Below the pieces are notes generated by a model. That model had not been told where the DNA came from, did not search any database, and was given only the letters and a program-made list of their open reading frames with translations. A stretch of DNA of 37,627 nucleotides, from the IMG/VR virus record IMGVR_UViG_2778261216_000004. One strand, given 5' to 3'. Each line of letters begins with the position of its first letter. The first letter of the stretch is position 1. Shown piece by piece: positions 27,694 to 36,607 of this stretch. Made by a program: the position numbers and the translations under genes. Source of the DNA: a virus (Duplodnaviria > Heunggongvirae > Uroviricota > Caudoviricetes).

Positions 27694-28005
27694 TTATTCA
27701 GGAAATAACGCCCGGATATTTCCGGCCATCTGACTGGTTATCTGTGCGGTTGATACTGGCTGTGATGCGGGGCGTTCTGTCCTGGTTTGTGTCACTGATA
27801 ACGCTTCATCACCAGCCCATGCAGCCAGTCGATAAGCCTCTGCCGGATTCATTTTCAGAAGTGCCAGCCCGGCCAGAAAAGCCACGCGTTGGCCGCTTTT
27901 GCGGGCTTCTGGTGTAAGGCTGTCCAGCCAGGCGCATGCTTCTCCTTCGTTCTTGACGGCGGTGGGCTTCAGATAGAAACTTATCCGTCTGGTTGGAGTC
28001 GTCAT
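27694..28005 (-). CDS. parR: ParR-like DNA-binding adaptor
   Basis: RRISFYLKP...ARKSGQRVAFLAGLALL resembles R1 ParR (RRTIAFKLNP...RAALTAGLAL). AGGAG ribosome-binding site; the ATG lies 4 nt after the parM-like stop. Confidence 0.55.
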   Translation of the reverse strand: MTTPTRRISFYLKPTAVKNEGEACAWLDSLTPEARKSGQRVAFLAGLALLKMNPAEAYRLAAWAGDEALSVTQTRTERPASQPVSTAQITSQMAGNIRALFPE

Positions 28006-28009
28006 TGGT

Positions 28010-28969
28010 TTACTCCTTGTCCATTGCGTACAGCCCATTAACTAGAGCAAACTGTGGCACCCCGTCCGCGATGAAAGTCGCATTAACTCCGCAGGCTTCG
28101 CGGATAGCGGGTGCCACAATCTCCGCCCCTCCACCGACAACCATCACCCGCCCGTAACCCGAAAAACCCGCCAGCGCGCGGATCACGCGTTGTTTCAGTG
28201 TTTCTTCCTTTTCACGAATTACCGCCATCAGGCTGGCGTAATGCGCGTCATTGTGGATGTGCTGGCGCAGCCAGGCTTCATCATGGCGATGTTCGATAAT
28301 GGTATTGGCGATGTGGTGACTGGTGCGCATACCGTTAGTGGCCATCACCGACAGTACGGCATCGGCCATCAGAGAAACGCCCACGTGTGGATCGCAAAAC
28401 ACCTGGCTGATACCTGCCAGTTGCCCCTGAACCTTTGCCACATCCAGCGTGGTTCCGCCCAAATCCACAATCAGCAGGGATTCAAACGGACTCATGTCAG
28501 CCAGTGCCTTAAAGCCAGCCGGAATGGATTCAGGCATAACCCGTACGTTACGGATAGTGAATGCTTCGCCGTTCTGGTACTCCACCGGGCGCATGACGTT
28601 CGCTTTTTTGCGGTTGATGTTGGCCATGTCCGGCTGTGCGTTTGTATCGAAATACTCGCTTAGTGGCAGGGTGACAACCACATCCACTTCCTGTGGTGTG
28701 ATGCCTGATTTGACCAGCGCGTGATGAATGGCAATTATATTCACATCGCTGTACTGGTATTGCGTGTCGGTCGTCTGGACAAAGCGATCGCTGACCGGAT
28801 CAAAACCATAGCGCACGCCATCAAGCATGTAGTTCGCGGGCTGCGTGCCACCGAACGGCGCAGACCATTCCGACTTGAAGCTGTTCGGGCTGATGGCGTT
28901 GCGGCGTTCGCCGTTCTCAGTCCATGCCAGCTTGATGTTGGTGGAGCCGTCGTCGATACAAATTTTCAT
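28010..28969 (-). CDS. parM: ParM/StbA-like actin-like ATPase
   Basis: MKICIDDGSTNIKLAW...ISPNSFK...YQYSDVNIIAIHHAL...LIVDLGGTTLD...VGGGAE closely follows R1 ParM motifs (MLVFIDDGSTNIKLQW..., IIDLGGTTLD, VIGGGAE). Confidence 0.8.
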   Translation of the reverse strand: MKICIDDGSTNIKLAWTENGERRNAISPNSFKSEWSAPFGGTQPANYMLDGVRYGFDPVSDRFVQTTDTQYQYSDVNIIAIHHALVKSGITPQEVDVVVTLPLSEYFDTNAQPDMANINRKKANVMRPVEYQNGEAFTIRNVRVMPESIPAGFKALADMSPFESLLIVDLGGTTLDVAKVQGQLAGISQVFCDPHVGVSLMADAVLSVMATNGMRTSHHIANTIIEHRHDEAWLRQHIHNDAHYASLMAVIREKEETLKQRVIRALAGFSGYGRVMVVGGGAEIVAPAIREACGVNATFIADGVPQFALVNGLYAMDKE

Positions 28970-29006
28970 GTCGCTTTTCCTTATGTTGATTAATTAATCG
29001 GTTACA

Positions 29007-29112
29007 GGATTTTTAAATCCCGCTTTTGCCTGTTTTGTGCGCGCTTCATATATCGCGGCACGTTTTTTGCTCATTTACGGGATTTGTGAATCCCGTTTCT
29101 GTCTGTTTTTTG
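29007..29112. repeat. Two ~33-bp direct repeats, each a hairpin with a T-rich tail, spanning the A stop and the parM-like upstream region
   Basis: GGATTTTTAAATCCCGCTTTTGCCTGTTTTGTG (29007-29039) and GGGATTTGTGAATCCCGTTTCTGTCTGTTTTTTG (29079-29112). Confidence 0.45.
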
Positions 29113-31869
29113 TTCCCAACGGGTCAGGCCACCCCGCAGCAGGTCTGCTTTGCGGTGGGCGCGTTCAGTGGTTTCACTGATTCTCTGTGCGTGCTCTGCG
29201 TCACGGATGGCGCGCAGCATGTCAGAAAGCACGGTAACGGGTGTCTTCATGGTGTTCTGGTCTTGCTGAAGTGTGGATGCCAGGCGTGCGGCGGCTTCGG
29301 GGTCTGATGCCCCCAGCTGTTCCAGATAGCTGGCGACCGGGTTATGGCGGATCTCCGTGCTGCTTACGCCGTGATTACGGCTCAGGCGCTGCCAGAGCTG
29401 CGTGATTCGGCTGTCCGGGCGGGGATCCGGTTTGCGTACAATTTCAAATCCCTGCGGTGCAATGATGCTGCCGTCAACGTACAGACTGCCGCCCCGTAAC
29501 AGGTGCTGCATCTGTTGTTCACCGATATGCAGGCCGAGAGATTCAGCAGACTCCCGCCATTCTTTAGCGAGTAATTCGTGGTTATCAGGCAAAGGCCGCT
29601 GCTGTTTGCGGCTCTGTGTCCAGCCCTGCATTTCATCACTGCTATTTTTTGCCTGTTTGTCACGAAGCGAACGCATCAGCGCCCGGCGTTCGTGCCGTTT
29701 CAGTGAGCGCATCCATTCGTTCACTTCAACGCCGTCAGGGAGCTGCGGCCACGGTGCTGGCCGTTCTTCCGGCTGTTCTGTCCCGTTGTTGTCCGTTTCC
29801 TGTACACGGGGACAGTTATTGCCACGAGTCCAAGGGGCGGCAGGGCCGCCCTGAAGGTCAAAACCATTTTCGTGGGCGCTGTCTTCCGGTTCTGGTTTAC
29901 GTCTTACCAGCTTCCAGTTATCCGGATGCGTGCACACACGGGAGGATTCCCCGATGAGTGGTGACCAGATCCCGTAAATCTGTACGCTCTGTTCGCCGTA
30001 ATCGTTCAGCTCATCTGCGAGGTCGTAGGCGGTGCGAATCAGGTAGTCTTTGCGTGGAACAAGCACGCCGCCCTGTTTCTCTATGTAGGTGGCAAAACAT
30101 CCGGCATCAGCGGCAGCAAGAACCGCATCCATTGCGTCATTTTCCAGACGTTGCGGTCCCTGTGGGTTACGTGCCATCTGACAGGCAAGGCGGCGCAGTT
30201 CACGCCACACCTGACGGGAAGGGATGCCAAAGAACTGGAACTGGCGGACCCGGTGAAGGCGCGCCCAGCCGATGGCGCGTTCCACGCTTTCTGCCATCGT
30301 CTTTCCTGATTCGTCGTCGATGCGCGGTTTGCCTGTTTTCGGGTCAATGCCATCCACGGCGCGGCTGTCCAGGTTCTTTCCGATGTAGGTGGCGATGTAG
30401 CTGGTTGGTGTGCCTTTTGAGCCGTCGACGTACTCTGCCTTAAAGCGCGGAGTTATGTCATTGCCCAGCTCGTGGCGGTCTTCGCGAATGGCAATATCAC
30501 GGGTGATGTCCACGATGCTGTCGATTTCTTCAGGATGTGCAAAGACCATCATGTGCCAGTGCACGGTGCCGTCATGGTGAGGCTCCACCGTGCGAATGCC
30601 ATACCAGCGCAGGCCGTCGCGGTTCAGTTTTTTGCGGACCGCCTTAAAAAACGTGTTAACCAGGTAATCGCTGGAATCGCGCATGGTGGCCCCGTTCCAT
30701 TTGGGGTTCGGATGACCGTTCTCCGTTGTTGCGTGGTACTTCGAAGGGGTAGTGACAGTCAGAAACACCGCTTTGTCGCCACGGGCTTCGGCCAGAAGTT
30801 CCAGCCCCTTCATGGTGGCCATCATTTCTGCCTTACGGTGAACCGGGTTACTTACTCCCGCGTAATACACCGTCTCGAGATCAATCGTGAACCCGTCTTC
30901 ATTTTCCAGCATGAAACTTTTCAGGAAATCGCGTGTTTTCTCGCGCTGTGCGCGAAACTCGCTTAACGCGTCCTGGCTCAGATAGGGTGATGTTTTTCTG
31001 GAAACCAGACAGGCGGCGCGGAGTTGTTCTTCCCGCCACTCGCAACGTAACAGCCACAGTTTGCGTTTCCACCATTCTGCACAGGTCAGGCGAAGGATTG
31101 CGCCCGGCAGCAGCTCCGTGTCCGGTTCGTTCCTCCGGTCTTTGTCTGTTGTCAGTGCGTCATAATGTGGAGGCATGGCGTGCAGGTGTAACGCCATGCG
31201 GGCCAGCATCTGATACGCCTTCAGCGTTACATCCATGGTCAGTTCGCCATCGGTCGCGCCAAAGCCATCGCAGAGTTTTTCGAAGGTGCTGCTGAACATC
31301 GCCGCCGTCATGGTGGCCAGTGTCTGTATCTGGTGTTTGTTGAGCTGCGGCAGGTAAAGCAAATCGTCCAGGCGTTCGCGTCCGGCAAGGGAGCGATAAC
31401 CCTGTGTCAGCCAGCGGTGATCGGTGCGCTCCAGACGTTCGAATATTTTGCGCAGGTTTCCGCGCGCGTAGCGTTCAGCCTGCCAGCTCTTTTTGCCTTT
31501 CTGACGATCGGCTTCCTGTTTTTTGCGCAGGAAGGAGAGGTGGCGAATAAGCGGATCGCGCAGATAGGACGGCAGCAGGCGCAGCGAGGCCATGGCTTCA
31601 TCCACCGCGCCGCGTGCCTGTTTTCTGGCATCTCCTGCCAGTGTGATGGTTTTGTCCTGTTTTTCCTGTGCGTCCAAGCTTTTATTAATCAGGTTGCCCA
31701 GCGGCGTTGCGGAGAACGCCGCATCAGCCATTTCCTGGCGGCGCTCGTTCTCTACCCGGTAGGCATCCAGCCAGGAGGAAAGCGCGGATTCAGGAGCGGG
31801 GATCCCCGTTCCTTCACGCCCCACTGCGTGGCGCGGTTGTTGCCAGTCCCTGATGTACTCTGCCGTCAT
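29071..31869 (-). CDS. A: Replication initiation protein A (rolling-circle nickase family)
   Basis: 932 aa, large early protein in the P2 gene A position. Confidence 0.8.
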   Translation of the reverse strand: MTAEYIRDWQQPRHAVGREGTGIPAPESALSSWLDAYRVENERRQEMADAAFSATPLGNLINKSLDAQEKQDKTITLAGDARKQARGAVDEAMASLRLLPSYLRDPLIRHLSFLRKKQEADRQKGKKSWQAERYARGNLRKIFERLERTDHRWLTQGYRSLAGRERLDDLLYLPQLNKHQIQTLATMTAAMFSSTFEKLCDGFGATDGELTMDVTLKAYQMLARMALHLHAMPPHYDALTTDKDRRNEPDTELLPGAILRLTCAEWWKRKLWLLRCEWREEQLRAACLVSRKTSPYLSQDALSEFRAQREKTRDFLKSFMLENEDGFTIDLETVYYAGVSNPVHRKAEMMATMKGLELLAEARGDKAVFLTVTTPSKYHATTENGHPNPKWNGATMRDSSDYLVNTFFKAVRKKLNRDGLRWYGIRTVEPHHDGTVHWHMMVFAHPEEIDSIVDITRDIAIREDRHELGNDITPRFKAEYVDGSKGTPTSYIATYIGKNLDSRAVDGIDPKTGKPRIDDESGKTMAESVERAIGWARLHRVRQFQFFGIPSRQVWRELRRLACQMARNPQGPQRLENDAMDAVLAAADAGCFATYIEKQGGVLVPRKDYLIRTAYDLADELNDYGEQSVQIYGIWSPLIGESSRVCTHPDNWKLVRRKPEPEDSAHENGFDLQGGPAAPWTRGNNCPRVQETDNNGTEQPEERPAPWPQLPDGVEVNEWMRSLKRHERRALMRSLRDKQAKNSSDEMQGWTQSRKQQRPLPDNHELLAKEWRESAESLGLHIGEQQMQHLLRGGSLYVDGSIIAPQGFEIVRKPDPRPDSRITQLWQRLSRNHGVSSTEIRHNPVASYLEQLGASDPEAAARLASTLQQDQNTMKTPVTVLSDMLRAIRDAEHAQRISETTERAHRKADLLRGGLTRWEQKTDRNGIHKSRK

Positions 31870-31875
31870 AGTGAT

Positions 31876-32241
31876 TTACTTCGTCATGCCATTCAGGGTG
31901 TCGCGGCAGACTGTAGCCAGCCGCTGAATTTCCAGCACGGTGTCTTCTGTGTCGGCATGGCGATGTGTGATGCGGATGCTGTCGGCAATCACATCGACGA
32001 TTGCAGAGGATGGGCGCTGGTAAATGCCAATAACGGACGGGGTGCCACCTTCAATGCGGTAAAGCCTGTAATTTCCCTCGTGGCTGTCAATCATGTAGCG
32101 ACCATCAATAACAATATTTCCGTCAGCGAGCTGCGGTACAGGCAGGGATTTCAGGTACATGTCATAACGATCACGCACGCGAGCGGCAAGATCACGTTCT
32201 GTGTTGAGCAGGTATTCAAGAAAGTCGTTGGCGAGAATCAT
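31876..32241 (-). CDS. Hypothetical early protein
   Basis: 121 aa, AGAGGA ribosome-binding site, immediately upstream of A. Confidence 0.55.
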   Translation of the reverse strand: MILANDFLEYLLNTERDLAARVRDRYDMYLKSLPVPQLADGNIVIDGRYMIDSHEGNYRLYRIEGGTPSVIGIYQRPSSAIVDVIADSIRITHRHADTEDTVLEIQRLATVCRDTLNGMTK

Positions 32242-32313
32242 TGCGGCAATCCTCTTGTTACAGATGTGCGAAGGCCTCCCGCCGCAAGGTGCAGGAAAGG
32301 CCCGGAACAGGAG

Positions 32314-32544
32314 TTAATGGAGTTTGTTTTGCTGCTGGATGAGCTGTTGAAGCTCGTGCAGATCATCCGCCAGATAGCTGAAAACAGAGGCGGAATAAAT
32401 GTTTGATAGTGCGTGGCTGCGCTCATGCAGCATATTGATGTGCATGATTTGCGCGACGCGTGATGCGCGGGAAAGTCTGCGGTTGATTTCAGTCTGGATG
32501 TGACGACGCTCCGCGATAGCGCGGTGTGGTTTGCGGTTTGCCAT
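32314..32544 (-). CDS. Hypothetical small early protein
   Basis: 76 aa, weak ribosome-binding site. Confidence 0.4.
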   Translation of the reverse strand: MANRKPHRAIAERRHIQTEINRRLSRASRVAQIMHINMLHERSHALSNIYSASVFSYLADDLHELQQLIQQQNKLH

Positions 32545-32723
32545 GGTGTGGCCCCTTGTGTAGTAAGTTGTGAAAACTCACCATCCAGAGCTGCGAAACT
32601 GTGGGTGGCGAGACGTACGAGGTTCGCAGTACCGGCTACACAAGAACCCGGCCCGACCGAAGTCGGCCCCGTACGCCCCGCCATAATTCTGACGCGAAAA
32701 AGACGTGGCAATACAGTACGCAC

Positions 32724-32744
32724 AAAAAAACCGCTGGCGCGGTT
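32724..32744 (-). terminator. Rho-independent terminator on the minus strand inside the early region
   Basis: On the minus strand, AACCGC-gcca-GCGGTT followed by TTTTTTT. Confidence 0.55.
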
Positions 32745-32930
32745 GTGCGCTTGTGTAGTCAGCAGGCTGCGAAACCCGGCACCCGTTTTATGAGATGCAG
32801 CGGAAATGTAACCTGACTGATTGCGGCATGGCAAGCGGTTTTTGTGTTGCGTACAGTGGTGTGTATAATCGCGGCACAAAAATAGAACGTGCCGAAGGAT
32901 ACTGGCATTTATTGACAATGGAGGTCGCTT

Positions 32931-33398
32931 ATGTCTGTTGCTATGGAGCATGCAGATCAAGAATTCGTTTTCCATCTGTGGTACAGCTACTGGCTGGAAG
33001 AGATGGTTTTCATACTCAACAACAAGGCCGCTTTTGTGCTGCGCTCTGGAGCCTTGATTGCTGCGGTGTTGTCTTTTCTTCTGATTGAGTTCCCTGCCCT
33101 GATGAGTCTTTGCGGACTGGTGTTTTTTGGTTTTTCCTGGTTTTGCAGCAAGTGTGAATTCGTCGCCGAACTGGCGTGCTGGCAGAAACAGAGCTATCTG
33201 CGTCTGATTACGCAAAGGGATTTTATGACCACTGAACGCCTCACTGAGCGCATTCTGCATCTGGAAGAAACGAACAGCGCATACATGAAAGCGATTGTCA
33301 GGCCCGCAAAAAACAAAGCGAGTGCATCTGTTGGGTTGTCTGCCAGCGAACATTTGCGTTACTCCGAAAGGTTAATTTGCTGGTTGTGCAGTTTCTGA
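32931..33398 (+). CDS. Membrane protein with its own promoter, opposite in orientation to the early operon
   Basis: 155 aa with 2-3 hydrophobic segments and a coiled-coil C-terminus. GGAGG ribosome-binding site and a TATAAT -10 box at 32866-32871. Confidence 0.55.
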   Translation: MSVAMEHADQEFVFHLWYSYWLEEMVFILNNKAAFVLRSGALIAAVLSFLLIEFPALMSLCGLVFFGFSWFCSKCEFVAELACWQKQSYLRLITQRDFMTTERLTERILHLEETNSAYMKAIVRPAKNKASASVGLSASEHLRYSERLICWLCSF

Positions 33399-33463
33399 AC
33401 TGTGAAGAGCCTGTTGGCATCTCGGAAATGATGATGGATGTAATTCCTGGTGGTTGATGGTGC

Positions 33464-33730
33464 TCATGCTCTGGCTTCCTTCAGTAGCTGGTTAAACATG
33501 TGAGTAAGTGGATTGCTACACCCGAACGGCATCGGGTTTACGTGGTAAGAAGCCTGGCCTCCTGTTTTGCGAGCGCGACCACCTGTGCTGCGGTTTGTTC
33601 TGATGACTAAGCCGCCGCGCCAAAGTTGGCGTAACTCAGCATTAATGGCTGTGGTTGGAGTATTCAGTGCTGCGGCGATCTCTCCGCCGCTACACCCCGG
33701 ATGAGTAGCGATGTAGTCCAGAATGGTCAT
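33464..33730 (-). CDS. Small winged-helix-like DNA-binding protein
   Basis: 88 aa; GGEIAAALNTPTTAINAELRQLWRGGLV looks like a helix-turn-helix. Confidence 0.45.
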   Translation of the reverse strand: MTILDYIATHPGCSGGEIAAALNTPTTAINAELRQLWRGGLVIRTNRSTGGRARKTGGQASYHVNPMPFGCSNPLTHMFNQLLKEARA

Positions 33731-33930
33731 CTACGTGGCTCCTGTACTTGTCGGATAAGATTCACCCGCGCCACGTTGGTGGCGCAGAAATAAGTGCCGT
33801 CAGTGAGGTAGATGTGGTGTGCATCCTTTTCCGAACGATGTTTGTCGATAGTGGTAATCAGGCGTTCCTCGACCTCGTATTCGCGCCCTCTGGAGGTAAA
33901 GCGAACGACGGAAAAATGCTTAATTGCCAT
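33727..33930 (-). CDS. Hypothetical early protein
   Basis: 67 aa, stop overlaps the next gene's start. Confidence 0.4.
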   Translation of the reverse strand: MAIKHFSVVRFTSRGREYEVEERLITTIDKHRSEKDAHHIYLTDGTYFCATNVARVNLIRQVQEPRR

Positions 33931-33953
33931 TGCGCCCCTTTTGTCCAGTAACC

Positions 33954-34364
33954 CTATGCGTTAAATACGGCACGTTGCGCGTCATCAATGAATACAGCTT
34001 GAGAGCGTTCTATCAGGCGGAGATTTGTCAGAAGCGCTGATTCCCTTATGGGGTGAGGAGTGATCAGGTATTTGTTCTGTAATCCGGCGATAATGGTGTA
34101 TCGCTGTGGCTCCGAGCCAATAGTGTAAATAAGGCGTCCGGTGTCAGATAAATCCAGTCCGGTGACTGGTTTAGTTTTGAGAAGCGCAAGTTCCACACCC
34201 TGTTCTTCGATGATTTTGGCAGCTTCTGCCGTGACTTTTGCGACTATCATTGTGTGGGTTGCGACGTCCATGTGAGCATTGGCCACGGCTTTTTTCGCTA
34301 CTTCGCTTTCCATCTTTGAAATTTCTTTCAGTGCTCTGATGATACCTTCTTCTTTTGCGTGCAT
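33954..34364 (-). CDS. Hypothetical early protein
   Basis: 136 aa in the early operon orientation. Confidence 0.5.
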   Translation of the reverse strand: MHAKEEGIIRALKEISKMESEVAKKAVANAHMDVATHTMIVAKVTAEAAKIIEEQGVELALLKTKPVTGLDLSDTGRLIYTIGSEPQRYTIIAGLQNKYLITPHPIRESALLTNLRLIERSQAVFIDDAQRAVFNA

Positions 34365-34567
34365 TTTTGTATCTCCGTTATTTGCGTGTGCGAATACCTC
34401 CGTTAATACGGATGGTTTTCACGTTTTCTTATTTAATTTGATGTTTTATTTGTATCGTTATTCATCAGAGAAAAAACGCTCGATCTTTTTCACTGAATTA
34501 ATAATTCGCATAATCCCAATGGCGCAGGCCACCGAAATAATCAGAACAAGCCATGAGATAAATATAC

Positions 34568-34810
34568 TCATGCGATATTCCCCAGCTTATACGGTTCAAT
34601 ATGTTCTCCGCATTCTGCGGCACAGATCAGCTCGGAAAGTTCGTTAAGTGCATCCAGATCATCAGCGTAAAAAGCCACGTCATACAGACTCCGGATTGCC
34701 CTGGTCAATGAGTCACGGGCTGCACGTTCAGCATGAACGCCTGATGCACTTAAGCGAAAATAAAAACGCTCAAGTGCTTTGTTGATGAGTGTTTTATATT
34801 CTTTGTCCAT
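34568..34810 (-). CDS. Hypothetical early protein
   Basis: 80 aa in the early operon orientation. Confidence 0.45.
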   Translation of the reverse strand: MDKEYKTLINKALERFYFRLSASGVHAERAARDSLTRAIRSLYDVAFYADDLDALNELSELICAAECGEHIEPYKLGNIA

Positions 34811-34821
34811 TGTAACACCCT

Positions 34822-35109
34822 TTAATCTGCTTTCTGTATTTCAGCTTCTGAATCCATACAAATAATTTCGATATAGGGTTCATCGCCATTAACTTGGCGT
34901 GCCTTTTCAGCTTCGCTAATGATTTCTCGTACGGTCTGGTACGGAAGTTCCACAAGCAGTCGCGTGCCGTTCAGATAAACGTAAGTGGCTTCGTCGGCTC
35001 CGTTTTTACCTGCCGGAGTCACTCCGTCAATAGCGGATGCACGTAATAACAGTTCACCGCGAAAATCAATAAAACGGATAAATACACCTTGTGCATGGTC
35101 TTTGGTCAT
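34822..35109 (-). CDS. Hypothetical early protein
   Basis: About 95 aa from an internal ATG. Confidence 0.4.
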   Translation of the reverse strand: MTKDHAQGVFIRFIDFRGELLLRASAIDGVTPAGKNGADEATYVYLNGTRLLVELPYQTVREIISEAEKARQVNGDEPYIEIICMDSEAEIQKAD

Positions 35110-35119
35110 AAAGCACCCG

Positions 35120-35578
35120 TTATAAATCAGCCTGTTTAATAAAACTTTGCCCGCGAAGCAGACGATCAACCGTGCGAAGTGCTTCGTATAATGTGAAATC
35201 CTGCCCGAACTGATTGTCGCCACAGCTCAATGCAAAAATGCGGTTTCCGGTAAACGGATTGCGTGGGCATTTGTGGATCACGATTCCAGCTTTCTCAATC
35301 AGCCAGGCGTGCTCGCCGATTTGTTTTACAGCGTGGCCATCCGGTGTTGCGTGTGTTTCGCTCAGGCTGTAGCGAGAGTTGCTACGCGATGCACTGGTAG
35401 CGAAACGGTTAGCGTGGCGTTCCGCCCCGTTGCGGAAGCGTTGCTGTGAAGAATTGCGCTGTTGCTTCATGTCAAAAACTCCGTGCCGATTTACTTCCCC
35501 GGCATAACACCCATTTTCAAAGTAATTGCGACGAAATCCCGTGTTATGGGGCTTGCCATTTCGCTGTTGCTTATTCAT
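35120..35578 (-). CDS. Hypothetical early protein
   Basis: About 152 aa from an internal ATG (MNKQQRNG...). Confidence 0.4.
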   Translation of the reverse strand: MNKQQRNGKPHNTGFRRNYFENGCYAGEVNRHGVFDMKQQRNSSQQRFRNGAERHANRFATSASRSNSRYSLSETHATPDGHAVKQIGEHAWLIEKAGIVIHKCPRNPFTGNRIFALSCGDNQFGQDFTLYEALRTVDRLLRGQSFIKQADL

Positions 35579-35589
35579 TTTTCGTGCCT

Positions 35590-35796
35590 CTACCCGATGA
35601 GCCAAATAACAAACGCCATGAGCAGCGCACCAATGGTGATCGGAAAAAGACCTCTGGCATAAGCGGCGAGGTAATGAACGTTGAGAACAATAAAGCGTTC
35701 TTTTTGTCCTGTTAGCTTGCTAAGCAGATAAATCGCTATTACACCCACTTCTAGGAATACAAGGTCCAAAATGGCGCTGGTGATATTGCTGGTCAT
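35590..35796 (-). CDS. Small hydrophobic protein downstream of cox
   Basis: 68 aa with two predicted transmembrane segments. Confidence 0.4.
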   Translation of the reverse strand: MTSNITSAILDLVFLEVGVIAIYLLSKLTGQKERFIVLNVHYLAAYARGLFPITIGALLMAFVIWLIG

Positions 35797-35802
35797 TTAT
35801 GA

Positions 35803-36090
35803 TTAAAGCCCCAGCCACAACAACCATGCATCGCGGCGTTCTTTCGGCTGATCAAAAAACGCTTTGCGCATACCTGCGTTAAATGCTGGCAGATATACCC
35901 AGTTTTCTGATGCTCGCGTCTTCACTGAACCTGGTTTCACAAAGTCAATCGTTGGTAACTTTGCAGCGTCAATCATGGTTCTGACGGTTGATTCTTTGCG
36001 ACCAATCATCTTGGCAAATAGTTGATATGGCACCGCTTCAAGTGGATATGGTGCTACCTGAATGAACCCCTCAAGCTCTGATTCGCTCAT
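35803..36090 (-). CDS. cox: Cox-like excisionase and lysis-lysogeny regulator
   Basis: PYQLFAKMIG...WVYLPAFNAG...WLLWLGL matches P2 Cox (IPYQEFAKLIG...YWVYLPAWNNG...WLMWLGL). AGGAG ribosome-binding site. Confidence 0.8.
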   Translation of the reverse strand: MSESELEGFIQVAPYPLEAVPYQLFAKMIGRKESTVRTMIDAAKLPTIDFVKPGSVKTRASENWVYLPAFNAGMRKAFFDQPKERRDAWLLWLGL

Positions 36091-36205
36091 TGTGGTAATC
36101 TCCTTAATTCGTCCAAATGGCCCAAAATGGCTTATATAGGCTTATTTTGGCTATTTGAATGTTTTGTATTACATGTAACCCAATAGCGTGGAGTTTAGAT
36201 CACAT
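36091..36205. promoter_or_regulatory. Divergent C/cox switch region with direct-repeat operators
   Basis: Repeats AAATGGCccaAAATGGCttat and GGCTTATTTTGGCTATTT between the divergent cox and C starts. Confidence 0.45.
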
Positions 36206-36526
36206 ATGATCCATAAATCAAGCCTTGGAGAAAAACTTCGCCTGATTCGAGAGGCAGAGGGATTGTCACGTAGAGAGATGGAAGAGGTGACAGGGGTATC
36301 TCAAAACAATCTCAAAAATTATGAAATATTGGGAAGAATGATACCTGGAGAAACGCTACTCCTGATTTTGAATCATCCTCGTTTTCGGAAGTATTCGGAT
36401 TGGGTGATGTTTAATCAAACTAATGCTGCGACGGGGCAGATTGCTCCGCCTCTCTCTCTTGATGGCTTCTTCGATTCGGAGGGCGATCAGGTTTCAACCG
36501 AAACAAACCAAAAATCACCCCGCTAA
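36206..36526 (+). CDS. C: Immunity repressor C (helix-turn-helix)
   Basis: EKLRLIREAEGLSRREMEEVTGVSQNNLKNYE; overall layout like P2 C, upstream of int. Confidence 0.75.
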   Translation: MIHKSSLGEKLRLIREAEGLSRREMEEVTGVSQNNLKNYEILGRMIPGETLLLILNHPRFRKYSDWVMFNQTNAATGQIAPPLSLDGFFDSEGDQVSTETNQKSPR

Positions 36527-36607
36527 GGCCAGAAAACTGGTTAGACCTGCTCTTTGTCTGGTCTGATTATTGCTGGAAAGAGGCTGGAGAAATTGTAGAG
36601 CGGTTCA

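Noticed and set aside
31333-32406. 357-aa plus-strand ORF overlapping the 5' end of A and the upstream early genes
   Set aside because: Antisense to A and two early genes, Cys/Arg-rich odd composition, no start context.
32545-32700. Retron-like msr/msd RNA suggested by the flanking inverted repeats
   Set aside because: No reverse transcriptase gene anywhere in the window; the repeats are better described as an unexplained structured element.
32238-33353. 371-aa minus-strand ORF across the early non-coding island
   Set aside because: Low-complexity composition (runs of S, R, H, T), no ribosome-binding site, antisense to a well-supported plus-strand gene, and spanning a region containing an intrinsic terminator. 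Judged a chance open frame.
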